DNA from: Leptogorgia sarmentosa
Taxonomy: Eukaryota
Direction of reading: 5' to 3'
Assembly (NCBI GenBank): GCA_964658305.1
Contig: OZ210885.1
Location: 13,516,001 to 13,580,000 of the forward strand
DNA length: 64,000 nt
The notes under the pieces are model-generated. The model was not told the DNA's origin, made no database searches, and was given only the letters and a program-made list of their open reading frames with translations. Each line of letters begins with the position of its first letter. Positions within the stretch are counted from its first letter, which is position 1. This document shows, one piece after another, positions 52,635-64,000 of this stretch. The position numbers and the translations under genes are program-made.

Positions 52635-53355
52635 CAGGGTTCAAAATTTCCAAAAACTTTCCGTTAGCATGGGTAGTTTAACACCCTCTGGTATATCTAG
52701 CACTAAGTTTATTTTAAAAACAAACTTTTTTAGAATGGGAAATCTGGTTACTGAAAGGCCCATTAAAAACGGCTTGCGCGGAAAAAATAAGTTTTCTTCA
52801 CACAATTTGATTTAATCGGGTGAAAATATGGAGTATGATATACAAGCTATTCAAGTTTTGAGAAATTTGGTGCACGCAGAGACGAACGGGCGATGTCCGA
52901 AAACTGGATTTTGCGTTCTTTCCTGCGTGATTACCGATTAATTTATGCATAATTGGATATTGGTAATTAACCAATGCAAATTGCAAGCTAATTCCCAACG
53001 GTCCGAAATTACGCGAAGAACTCGTGGAAAATCCAGTTTTCGGACATCGCACGTTCGTCTCAGCGTGCACCAAATTTCTCAAAACTTGAATTGTTTGTAT
53101 ATCATACTCCATATTTTCATCCGATTAAATGAAATTGTGTGAAGAAAACTTATTTTTTCCGCGCAAGCCGTTTTTAATGTGCCTTTCAGTAACACATATC
53201 CCATTCTAAAAAAGTTTGTTTTTAAAATAAACTTAGTGCTAGATATACCAGAGGGTGTTAAACTACCCATGCTAACCGAAAGTTTTTGGAAATTTTGAGC
53301 GCTCGTTAGTTTAGAGAATGTTTTTCATCAGTAAACTTTTTTTTGATACACCCTG
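52635..53355. mobile_element. Tc1/mariner-type palindromic MITE with a left-arm deletion
   Basis: TA flanks, cagggt...accctg; same family as 61638-62414. Confidence 0.85.
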
Positions 53356-53756
53356 TATAACGCTGAGAAAGGGTACAAACGACTACGGATTGAATCACAA
53401 GATAAGTTCGTCAATATGTTGCCGGCAGTGAACTTTGTTTTGCGTATTTACTATCTACAGTCTACTATTTGTATGAATGGTCGCCGTAGCCGCATTTAAT
53501 CTATTCACGGCTCAATTCCAGAGTATAAGTTTATCGTTTTAAAGGCAGGACTTCACAAAATATTTACAAAGTTTACCCCAAAAGAACACGAGCGAATATT
53601 GGCTGGAAATTGTTTCATATCAAAGACTGACTTAAATAAACCGTTTTATGCAAATAAATGTAGTATTTCGCACTAAATTCAAGTTTATATTAGTCCTAAT
53701 AACGTACGTATAACAAATGGTTCTCGAAATTTAAAAATTGCCAATAAAACAAAGAT

Positions 53757-54527
53757 AATAAACAATTATTGGATGAGGCTGAGCATGATATCAAGAATTA
53801 TTCAGACCGAGGTCAATGTTATCTGCCGAAGCGAAGCTGAGGCGGATAACATTGACCGAGGTCTGAATAATTCTTGATATCATGCGAAAGCCGAATCTAA
53901 TAATTGTTTTATTATACATTTAAAAGAGAGTTGACTTTCATTCAGCGAAGCAAATCTGCTGCAGGCCATTGTTTGTTTGTTTGTTTGTTTGTTTGTTTGT
54001 TTGTTTTTTCGGGCGCTTTTAGCTTCAAGCTTTTGACAGCGCAAGGGCTTGGGCACGAGAGAGTCCAATAATTTTTTTTTGGATGCAATTTCCATCCAAA
54101 AAAATAATTATTGGACGCTGATGACGTCATCAGTGGAAAATACGTAATAAATACCGAATACTGAGAATTAGCCGGTGCTTTCTGACCAATCAGGAACGAG
54201 AATAAATTTTAAATGTATAATAATAAACAATTATTGAATGAGGCCGAGTAGGATATGAGGAATTATTCAGGCCGAGGTTTGTGTTATCTGCCGAAGCCGA
54301 AGCCTGAGGCAGATAACACAAACCGAGGCCTGAATAATTCCCCATATCCTACGAGGACCGAATTCAATAATTGTTTTATTATTTATTGGATATAGCGCTT
54401 GCAAAAACACGCAATTGCAAGGTACTGGAAATAGAACAATAATATAGTGTTCGCAAGATTGAATAAGCCAATCAGACTACAAGAGAAAATGTTCTTATAG
54501 CTGTTGTACATTTCTGTACAAATAATA
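53757..54527. mobile_element. Two tandem hairpin elements (~53757-54222 and ~54222-54527)
   Basis: Each begins taataaacaattattg, has a ~75-bp-arm hairpin centred on gcgaagc or gccgaagcc, and ends ccaatcag...ataataa. Confidence 0.7.
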
Positions 54528-55264
54528 AAAGCTGATATTTGACAGTTTTCAAAAAATTACAGAAATATGAATTTCCGATCGTGTTGCCATGACAACAACC
54601 TCAGGCAGGCTTTGAAGTACTTCATGTTCCAAAAATATAGTTGCATCAATTGGTTAGTAAGGCGAGTTTGTTTATTATATGGATACAAGGAAGAGTGTAG
54701 AGATACGGAATATTTGATACACACAGACGACAATGACAAACACAACACGAGTGAAACATCAAAATATAAAATATAAAATATCTTACTACATGAAACTAGT
54801 TGAAATTTTATAATTACGATTGGTTATAAGAATGCCAAAGTAATTCTTTTCTTTACATGCAATTATCTTAGGCATACAAATCAAAAGGCAATTGACGTAG
54901 GCCTAATTAATCTACGAAAGCCTGCTATCCATTCAACTGTACTTAACCACCGGTTTTCTGTCTTCATATCAGTGCAGAGCGTTGCGCAGACAAGAACGTT
55001 TCTCATTAACTATTCCGATTTGCCTATTATACACGAGTATCTACAACATTTGAATTTCCAGGTAAATTTGTTCTACGTAAAAATAGTAGTTTTTGAACAT
55101 GGTACAGTACTTGAAGCACAAAAATTAACAAGGTTGAGGCTAGGTTAATATGAATTTAGTAAAATGAAAATGAATTTGCTGAAATGAAATGAAAACGAGA
55201 TCGTCCGCAACCTATTTATAAGAAAGCTGGCCCAAATAGACAATTAGTACCATTTGAACTATAC

Positions 55265-55497
55265 CTGTGACAGAAAAGCACTGTGTGTGAAGATTCCAAA
55301 CTTTGAAAGTTCCATCTTCAGATGCTGAAACACATCTACAGTCATCACGAGACATTTTAATATCTGTGACGTCATTTGAATGATAAAAGAGACTGCTTTG
55401 TTCCATGTACGCAGCAGTTCCCATGTTCCAAACCCTGATACTTTCATCCCATGACGCTGTCAATGCCTTCTTTTCTTTGGGAATTGTTGCAACACCG
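55265..55497 (-). CDS. WD40-repeat gene exon (233 nt)
   Basis: AG/GT, phase 2 to 1; ALTASWDESIRVWNM...CVSASEDGTFKVWNL. Confidence 0.9.
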
Positions 55498-56323
55498 CTG
55501 AAATATTACAAGTTGATTGTTTATTTCTAATAATAATTATTTCTACCGAAAAAAGGCAAAGACGACCTCTGTCAGATTATTGATTGTTTAAGAAACCCAT
55601 ATTATCAAAATATGCTGTATAATTTATTCATACATGATCAGGGAAATATGTCGTATTCATCGAATGTTAGTGCAAATGAAAACTACATCTATGGTCACTT
55701 TATCTTTAGCAAAAATCGTTCCATTACTATGTCGACAACAATTAAGAAGATAGATAGATAGATAAAACCTTTATTTATACATAGGGTAGTCCCGTCAGTA
55801 ATCAAAATAACTGTTATCAACGGGAACCCTATTGACATATTGTAGCGTTCAGTACTGCAGAAAATCAACGAAAGCAACAATACAAGATAGGATAATGATA
55901 GATGTACAACACGGGTAAAATTATGTTGCACTGAATGTCATACGCTGAATTTCCTACGTTTATCCCTCATTAAAATCTTTCTAAAGCCCAAGTCGTCCAT
56001 TGCAAATAAGCACGACTATAGCCACAAGCCAATTAGTATATTAGTGTAATAAATAGAAATTCTTGTAGCGTTGCGAACAAATGGATGACTGAAAATTACT
56101 TTCATGGCGTTCATCTTCGCTATCTTTTCAATTCATCAATAACCGATTTCAAGAAGCAGTACGTCTAAGTGTGACTGTTAAAAATCGTAATAAATTAATA
56201 CAATTACACAAAACAGAATGTGTTGTATGTTAAGCTTAATGTTATGTATCGGGTCTTCGTTGTTGCCTTTCCCGCATAACGATCTTTTCGTTAAATTAGA
56301 TATAGCTGCTAGAGTGAACCCAC

Positions 56324-56558
56324 CTGATGCGATCGGTATGACCTTCATAACAGGAAAGGGACTTTCCAGTGTGGAAACACCACAACCTCACACTTTCTCT
56401 GTTGTCTCCAGAGATAATATACTTTTTATCATCGCTCACAGCAATACTGGAAACACGAGATCGAACGTCAAGGGTACGAATTTCCTGATACGTTTTTAAA
56501 TCCCAAATTTTTATTGTCTCATCGCCTGAAGCAGACACAAGCATTGGATTGTTTTTTC
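56324..56558 (-). CDS. WD40-repeat gene exon (235 nt)
   Basis: AG/GT, phase 1 to 2; LVSASGDETIKIWDL...YEGHTDRI. Confidence 0.9.
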
Positions 56559-59223
56559 CTGAATCTAAACGAGAAACTTCGCACTTTAGTCGAACTGGCA
56601 CAAAAAAAACAAGTGAAAGCAAAGTACATGATATCCTAAATATATTCAATAACTCGATCGCTGACAGGAGAAATTTTTATATATGCATTCTGCATGTCCA
56701 GGCAATGGATTCTACAGTAGTAGAATACCGAAAGTTTATTTTGTTGGTACCGTTAGGATATTGAAGAGAAATTGACGCAAAAGAAATTCCAATGTGTCAG
56801 GATAAATTTGAAATACTCAAAATATGGGCGAACCGTCTGGCACGTACAAAAGTCATGATCACGAATGAATTGTGCAAAGTAACATCATTCTTCTAGTTAG
56901 TTTTGCATAATGTTAAAGCTCATTACGACCGCGAGGAGGTTATGTATAATCATCCTGGTTTGTTTGTGAAATATCGAACATCTTGCACAATTGTTTTCCA
57001 TTACACAAGGAAGAGATGATTACATTTTGGTTCAATTCGGCTGAGAATCAAGCAAAACATTTATGAAAAAAAACTTTCGTTCCTTTATTTTTAATGCGTA
57101 ATGAAGTTAATTGATATTCTGGATGTGTTGTGTGAATTAGTATATTTACGGTACCAAATTTGGGTGAAAATTTATTAAGCCCCCACCATCTACTTAGTCC
57201 CCTCTTCAGATAAGTGCCCACCTGAAAGCAGGAAAACATAAACATCCCCCAGGGGCTAAATAGAGGGAATACGGTAGACTTTCTTGAAGCTGCTCGAATA
57301 GTTAATTTCGCAATACGTGTTTAATTGGATTTTATACAAAACAAATTTCCTTCTCGTTTAATAAAAATACATAAGAAATACGCAGTCGTAATCAACATTT
57401 AATTTGGGCCTCAAAGTTCTAAAAGTTTGTTGAAGTTATTTTAAAATTTTATGATAATATAAGTGTTAAAACTAAGTTTAACTTCTGAAAAGTCTAAAAT
57501 GTTTTTTCTTGAGGAAATATTCGAGTACCTAAATTTATAATTGCTATTTCTACCTATATCCATACTATGTACTGTACATAAAGTTACGGAAAAGTCTAAT
57601 GAAAGATCGTAAGAACTCTGCGTTGGTGCAATTACTCAAAACCAGAGTGTAACAGTTCTGAATAGTACGTACACTGTAGCATGTACCGCAATGGGAAATT
57701 TTCATTTCTGCATTAAATCATCATTAGTTTGCACATGTATTCATACTTATGTTTGGGAACATAACTGTGTTTAACTACTCTTAACTGTTGCCCAACTGCT
57801 CTTTCATGTCACTGAGTAACTGTGAAAATTGACTGATTAAATTCAATTATTATCACATTTATTCAAGCAACTAACCTACCAAGTTCTAACAGTACAGCAC
57901 AATGTTTGTCACAACAATTATAAAACAGGTCAAACTATATAAATTTTGTCTGTTGGAAGAAGAGGGTCTGAAGTCAAGATGGACAAGATAAGTCAAACAC
58001 CACCTGGCTATATATCTTGGCAATGGACAGTATATCTAAAACAATATTACTTTACAAACAACATTCATGTTGGCTTCGATCCATTTGTTACTTTATCTAT
58101 ATAATTTCATAAGTTAAAAACAAATGGTATAAAATGCTGTCATATTCTGTTGTATTGAATTCTATTATATATTGTAGTTCAATTTGATACGTGTGCATTA
58201 ATTAGATACATGTGAAACGGCTAGAATTGTTCTTGGTTGATGTATCCCTATGAAATGCATTTCAGAGCAGTGGCGTAGGATGGTGGGGCACTTTCACCCC
58301 CAACTTTCATGGTTATAAGTGCCGTTTTAAAAAGAAATTGACCTTCTTTCATGCCTAGGATTTGTACAGCTTTCTGATAGACATGAGAATTTGCCCAAAT
58401 GTACTAAAATATTTTGTAGGATTCCATCATTCATTAGCTTTTAAATGTTTTTTTCCAAGATGCCGCCTTGCTGATTGCAAGTTGCAAATACAGGAACAAG
58501 TTTTTATTTAAAGTTGCAACATTTAATAGTAAAGGTTTGGATTCTGTTGTCCTTGTGCCTCCCCCTCTCCTACAAACTACAACTTGATTCCTATGCCCTT
58601 GTTTCAGAGCTTGCTTTTATTTTTACGGCACACTATTATTACTTACAAGAGGTCTCAACGCTAATAAAATATACAAGACCCTAAATGCCAAGTCTTTCGA
58701 ATCTACTTGTACAGTATCACAATTTATACATTAAGGTCTGCGACACAGGGTAATCAGTTGAAATATACACACACAAGCAAATTGTCTCAAAGTATATTTA
58801 GAAAGCTAGCATAGATAAATCTATTGGCCATTTTAAAATACTCTTAGCATATACAAATACAACCAGCCTAAAAATTTGAAAGAAATCAGATAGTCCTAAA
58901 ATAGTGCTTGTACATGAAAGCACTGGCTACCACCATACTAACAATTAAGGAAAGACTTTGCTTTCTTTCTAGGCATAATTTTTCATTACAATATTAGAAT
59001 GCTGTTGCAAGCAGGTATTTTTGTGCAATAATTGGGAAGATTTATTCCAAAACATGATATTCCCCTCCAATTGATTAATCATTGCTTTATTGAACCATTA
59101 AGGAAGTTTATAATAAAGAATATGTTTTATCCGAATGAAATAACAAATATAATTCTGAAGAGACTCTATTGAAGTAAGATCTTCAAAATGTTATGAAATA
59201 TTAACTCATACAGTATTGCATAC

Positions 59224-59479
59224 CTGTTGCGACAACACATTCCACCCAAGCTGTATGGCCAACCAAACTGGCCTCAAAATTTAGTGTATCGGCTTTCCAC
59301 AACTTGATAGTCTTGTCATCATATCCAACAGTAGCAATGAACTGTCCATCTTTGGTCGTACACAGCGACTCGACTCGTTCAGGAATACTTGTTGAGAGGT
59401 TTTCTCCGGTAGATACACAATACACTTTCAGCCCTACAACGCATGATGGATACTCGTCAGACTGATGTTTCAATAATGT
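59224..59479 (-). CDS. WD40-repeat gene, most 5' exon found (5' boundary uncertain)
   Basis: DGQFIATVGYDDKTIKLWKA...LVGHTAWVECV; donor ag|gtatg, phase 1; acceptor is weak. Confidence 0.8.
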
Positions 59480-60731
59480 CTAACTCTAGACGATTTTGTG
59501 AAATCTTGTTTTTAATTGTGTCCCTCTCCGGCGCTGAACATGCTCTGGCTGTTGCTGGCTTATGTTTTTACACTGCGTTTCACTGCGCTCTACACGACGT
59601 TTACAGTTAACCGCTGGTTTGAAGATACGCAGTCGCTGGAATCCTCAAACCAACTGTTGCAATTATTGTTTGAATATGAACAATTTCTACTTTTGGCGAA
59701 GGTTGAGAGGTGCTACTAAAACAGACGTATCTGGTTTTCCCAGGAAATCATTTTACTACAGCTACGTTGTAAAACTGCTGTTCCTGACATCAAACACAAA
59801 AAGAATTAGTGAACATGGTCCAATCACACGATACGATGGCGTTTGTAAATTTCATAAACCCACCCTATACCATAGCTATATTGTTGTCAAATTGTATGCA
59901 TACTACAGGGCATCCATACCAGTGGTACTGCTGTTAAGACTGGGTTACAGATCGCGAAAAAACTGTAAGCAAGGACCATGTAATGGCAGTTGGGCTTCGC
60001 TTAAAAATAATGAAAATATAGTTCGTTTCCAAATGCAGTCGATAATGTACAACAGGTTACAGGTACGAATTCAGATAAGATGGTTGAAAATGTAGGACGG
60101 ATTACAAACGAGCTCTCTCTCCAACACGTTTCCGGAAGTTGAAATACAAATTTTTAATTCTTTTTTTTTCACTGAGTATATATCGCACGAAATAAAGACA
60201 AGCACCATTGAAATCCTAATAAAATGATCTTTCGAACGGTGGGTCGCATGCTGGTTAAAACACAACATACACAAAAAAATATAGATTGATCGTTGGAAAC
60301 GTAAGGCATTAGCATCTATCTGAGAAAAACAGAGTCCAATATGTTGAAATCCATGTCCTTATTTCTCCTCCTTCTCCTGTGTTATGTTCTTTTTATTTTG
60401 AATATTTCGTGTTATTTCCACATATAATAACATTTCTACAAGCTTTTTTGTAATTGTCGGAAATTTCCGCACGCGCACGGCATTTCCTAAAACAGGATAA
60501 ATCAGGTTGCGCAATAGTCTGAAACACGTGGAAAGCATGCCTTTGATTACGTAGGGTGCGTTATTCGTATGTTTTTCAGTCTTGGATAAAGTCACTTCTG
60601 GTTTGTTCGCACGCGACAAAAAAAAACACGACAGTGTCCCAGGAATTTCGCCCTCCCCATAATTTCGCCCCCAACCCCTCGCCCTCTCGGGGCGCGAAAT
60701 TCCAAGGAAATTTGCCCCCTTTAGGAAATTC

Positions 60732-61446
60732 CACTGAGCTATAATATTAATCTGGAGATCAGGCACTCCACTGAAAGGTGTCGCCAAAAACATGGCGGAT
60801 TTTACGTCCCACGTCCCCAATTCTCATGATGGTAATTACTGACCACAGTTGAAGTGTGTGCAGGCGCCGTTTCCAACCTCCCCCTGGATTTTACTGTACG
60901 ATTTTATATAAAAATATATATACTGCAGTGCTGTTTTGATATTTTTTCAAAGAATTGAGATAAAGTATTAAAATTCTCTTAGCTACATATAAATATGGCG
61001 CTTCGAGGTTCACATTTAACCTTTAACAAACCGGTTTTAGATCCGTCTTAGCAGAAAAACGTCTCGAACAATGTATAAGCATAAAATAAAATTTCCTTAT
61101 CAGTGTGACGACAGTTCTTTGTTGTCAAATGAGTTGTGATATCCGTAAACATAGCAAAAACGCGGCATGTTGATTATCAACAAAATTCAACGAAATATTG
61201 TTTTGAATTTAAAACTTTGACGTGATGTTAGCTGGTATTTTAGTATGTTATTTTCAGACAGGGGGGGTGAGAAAACTGCTCACTTTCGGCAATGTTATTT
61301 GGTCAGTCGTTAGTCCCCTGAAATAGGGGACTTACTACGTCATAATGACGTAAATTTGGCTAAAATCCGCCATGTTTTTGGCGACACTATTTTGTACGGC
61401 GAGGTATTACGACCTGATCTCCAGATATATTAAGTATAGCTCAGTG
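60732..61446. mobile_element. Non-autonomous DNA element with 8-bp TSD (hAT- or P-like)
   Basis: TIR cactgagctata...tctggagatcagg / cctgatctccaga...tatagctcagtg; TSD ggaaattc at 60724-60731 and 61447-61454; inner inverted gtcgccaaaaacatggcggatttt. Confidence 0.82.
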
Positions 61447-61637
61447 GGAAATTCGCCCCCTCTAGAAACTTCATCTTTCCTTAATGAAGACCTTTTTACC
61501 TATACCCTTGTAAAAAGGTAGAAATATAAAATTTTCTACGGCGATTTCATTGGTACTACTCCGAAGAACTGAATATCAGTGGTTGCAGAGTTATGATCGA
61601 ACTAAAGGTCGAAAATATGCATGTAATTAGTATTCTA

Positions 61638-62414
61638 CCGGGTGTATCAAAAAAAAGTTTACTGATGAAAAAAATTCTCTAAACTAACGAGCGCTCAAAA
61701 TTTCCAAAAACTTTCGGTTAGCATGGGTAGTTTAACACCCACTGGTATATCTAGCACTAAGTTTATTTTAAAAACAAACTTTTTTAGAATGAGAAATGTG
61801 GTTACTGAAAGGCCAATTAAAAACGGCTTGCGCGGAAAAAATAAGTTTTCTTCACACAATTTGATTTAATCGGATGAAAATATGGAGTATGATATACAAG
61901 CTATTCGAATTTTGAGAAATTTGGTGCACGCTGAGACGAACGTGCGATGTCCAAAAACTGGATTTTGCGTTCTTTCCTGCGTGATCCCCGATTAATTTAT
62001 GCATAATTAGATATTTGCATTAATTACCGATGCAAATTGCAAGCTAATTCCCGAAGGTCCGTAATTACGCGAAGAAATTGCGGAAAATCCAGTTTTCGGA
62101 CATCGCACGTTCGTCTCAGCGTGCACCAAATTTCTCAAAACTTGAATAGCTTGTATATCATACTCCATATTTTCATCCGATTAAATCAAATTGTGTGAAG
62201 AAAACTTATTTTTTCCGCGCAAGCCGTTTTTAATTGGCCTTTCAGTAACCACATTCCCCATTCTAAAAAGGTTTGTTTTTAAAATAAACTTAGTGCTAGA
62301 TATACCAGAGAATGTTAAACTACCCACGCTAACCGAAAGATTTTGGAAATTTTGAGCGCTCGTTATAGTTTAAAGAATGTTTTTCATCAGTAAACTTTTT
62401 TTTGATACACCCTG
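61638..62414. mobile_element. Tc1/mariner-type MITE, near-fully palindromic (777 bp)
   Basis: TA flanks; ccgggtgtatcaaaaaaaagtttactgatg / catcagtaaactttttttt gatacaccctg; long arms of roughly 330 bp. Confidence 0.9.
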
Positions 62415-62516
62415 TATAGATCTCATTTTGCGCCGATGTACATTTCAATGGTTTCAAGTCAATAAATTTTCCTTGTATTGCAATTTATATATATGAATAT
62501 TGTTTATATATATATT

Positions 62517-63112
62517 TAACAGTTATTCTGCGAACTCGAGTCGTATACGCGCTGATAGTCGACGAGGCGCGTAGCGCCGAGTCGACTATCAGTCATATAC
62601 GACGAGAGTGAGCAGAATAACTGTTTTATTATGTACACAAGCACTGGACAAAAACAACTTCCAAATTTATTTGTATTTTAGTTAATAACTGAATATAATT
62701 TCAAAGTGTTCTATCGCTTTGAAATCGACATATTTACAAATTTAAACAGTTTTACTTGATAAATACACGCCAAAAAGCACGGAAAACACAACAGTTACGG
62801 AATTAAAATAGTCGACGTTTCGTTTAAACTTTAGCTAGTTTTAAATTTCAGCAGTTTTCATCTGTATTTTTCTGCATTTGAAAGTACAACACAAATTTTA
62901 CCGTTGTAAAATGTCAACAAACAACAACTAGCGATCCAACTCAGTCAAGCGATGAATTTTACAGCGTCGAGTCCGGTTTTCCAGATTCAAAACTGCACAA
63001 TAAACATTTACAACTAAACCTCTTGAATTTTATTCTTTTAATCGGTCGCAAAACGGTAGAGAACCAATCAGATTGCAGAATAGCTCATATCCAGCGCTTG
63101 CGTATATAATAA
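62517..63112. mobile_element. Hairpin element with a CCAAT end (possibly Crypton-derived)
   Basis: Hairpin 62517-62626 centred on cgaggcgcgtagcgccgag; ccaatcaga...tataataa end; a fragment of the same arm occurs at 212-243. Confidence 0.65.
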
Positions 63113-63135
63113 ATATATATATATATATATATATA

Positions 63136-63181
63136 ACTACAGACGGAACCGTTTCGTCCTTTTGGGACTCATCAGTGTAGT
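63136..63181 (-). ncRNA. Minimal type I hammerhead ribozyme
   Basis: Minus strand reads actaca-CTGATGA-GTCC caaaa GGAC-GAA-ACGG tt CCGT-C-tgtagt: full core, helices I and II paired, short helix III, GUC cleavage triplet. Confidence 0.8.
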
Positions 63182-64000
63182 GCAGATAAGTTTCAGGAAC
63201 AAACACGGCTCATTATGAGTCGTGTCCGATGCCTCACAGATTGTGGGACACCGAAACTCTGCCAGAGTGCTCAAACTGCGCACATATATATATATTTAGA
63301 TTTTTATTTTATATTTTTACGCTGAATAAAAAGAGTGTATTTTTGTCCTTGTTGGGTGCGTAAAACCAGAGATATATACGGGAGCCAATTGTAGTCATAG
63401 GACGAATTCGACCTAAATTAATATGGTGTTGGAGAGAAAGAGTACTTTTCGTAAGAAATTGAGTGGGAGTCAATCTATAAAATGTATTAACGATTGTGCT
63501 GCACGAAACTGAGGAAATGCTTCTGAATTTCACATATTAATTCGCTATACGAAGCACAAGTTGAATACATACAGTAAATAATTAACTCACTCTGATGACT
63601 GCGTCGCTATTTAGAGTTGACTCCCACTCAAATATAGAACGTTACCGTGAAACCCATGAATTGAAACGATATGCATTAATCTGCTTCATAAACGTTCTTG
63701 TATTAAAATGTGAAGCCAAATTTGTTAGTAAGCAGCGTTGTAGCTAATGTGCACAGTGGGGTAACTACAGCATTTGCATGTCATTTAGACAAAAGAGAAG
63801 CACATTAGAATGATTAGGATATCAATAACACCGAAAGATAGGCCGTCAGCCACTCACGAGAATGAAGCTGGAAAGCAAGTTTCGTTTCCCCCCCACGGAG
63901 ACCATATTTTGATTTCATTATATGTTGAGTGGATCCATTTCCATGGTAAAACACCAATGTTGTACTTCGGCAAACATGCAAGTCTCGAGAAAATTGCTTT

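Larger units (their letters stand above)
52393..54666. mobile_element. Second copy of the 37138-37953 element, carrying three nested insertions
   Basis: Colinear with 37138-37946 apart from insertions at 52635-53355 and ~53757-54527. Confidence 0.75.

Noticed and set aside
59562..60095. 177-aa plus-strand ORF
   Set aside because: No recognisable motif or splice support; probably chance.

Overview
AT-rich, intron-containing eukaryotic DNA. The transposon mix suggests a marine invertebrate, probably a cnidarian, but this is inference only. One minus-strand host gene is present, a WD40-repeat protein. I can chain 8 phase-compatible GT-AG exons from 59479 to the stop at 32737 (816 codons); the 5' part was not found. 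A partial tandem duplicate of its 3' region occupies ~1-19850 and keeps two intact exons. One duplicated exon is ~95% identical in protein. The next is only ~55% identical, although its flanking intron is >90% identical, which looks like diversifying selection on a duplicated WD40 cassette. The duplicate's intron holds a three-level nest: MITE (763-14668) > AcademX DNA transposon (979-14564) > intact Gypsy retrotransposon (5758-13078) with identical LTRs, a -1 frameshift pseudoknot and an unusual MYND finger before the protease. Also present: a DD37E (TRT-type) Tc1 element, a CAC-ended 4.2-kb element with inverted tandem arrays, a decaying tRNA cluster with shifted anticodons, a 5'-truncated CR1/L2 LINE, many MITEs, a family of GNA-capped hairpin elements (possibly Crypton-derived) and a minimal hammerhead ribozyme. 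All coordinates and identities were worked out by eye; no searches were run.
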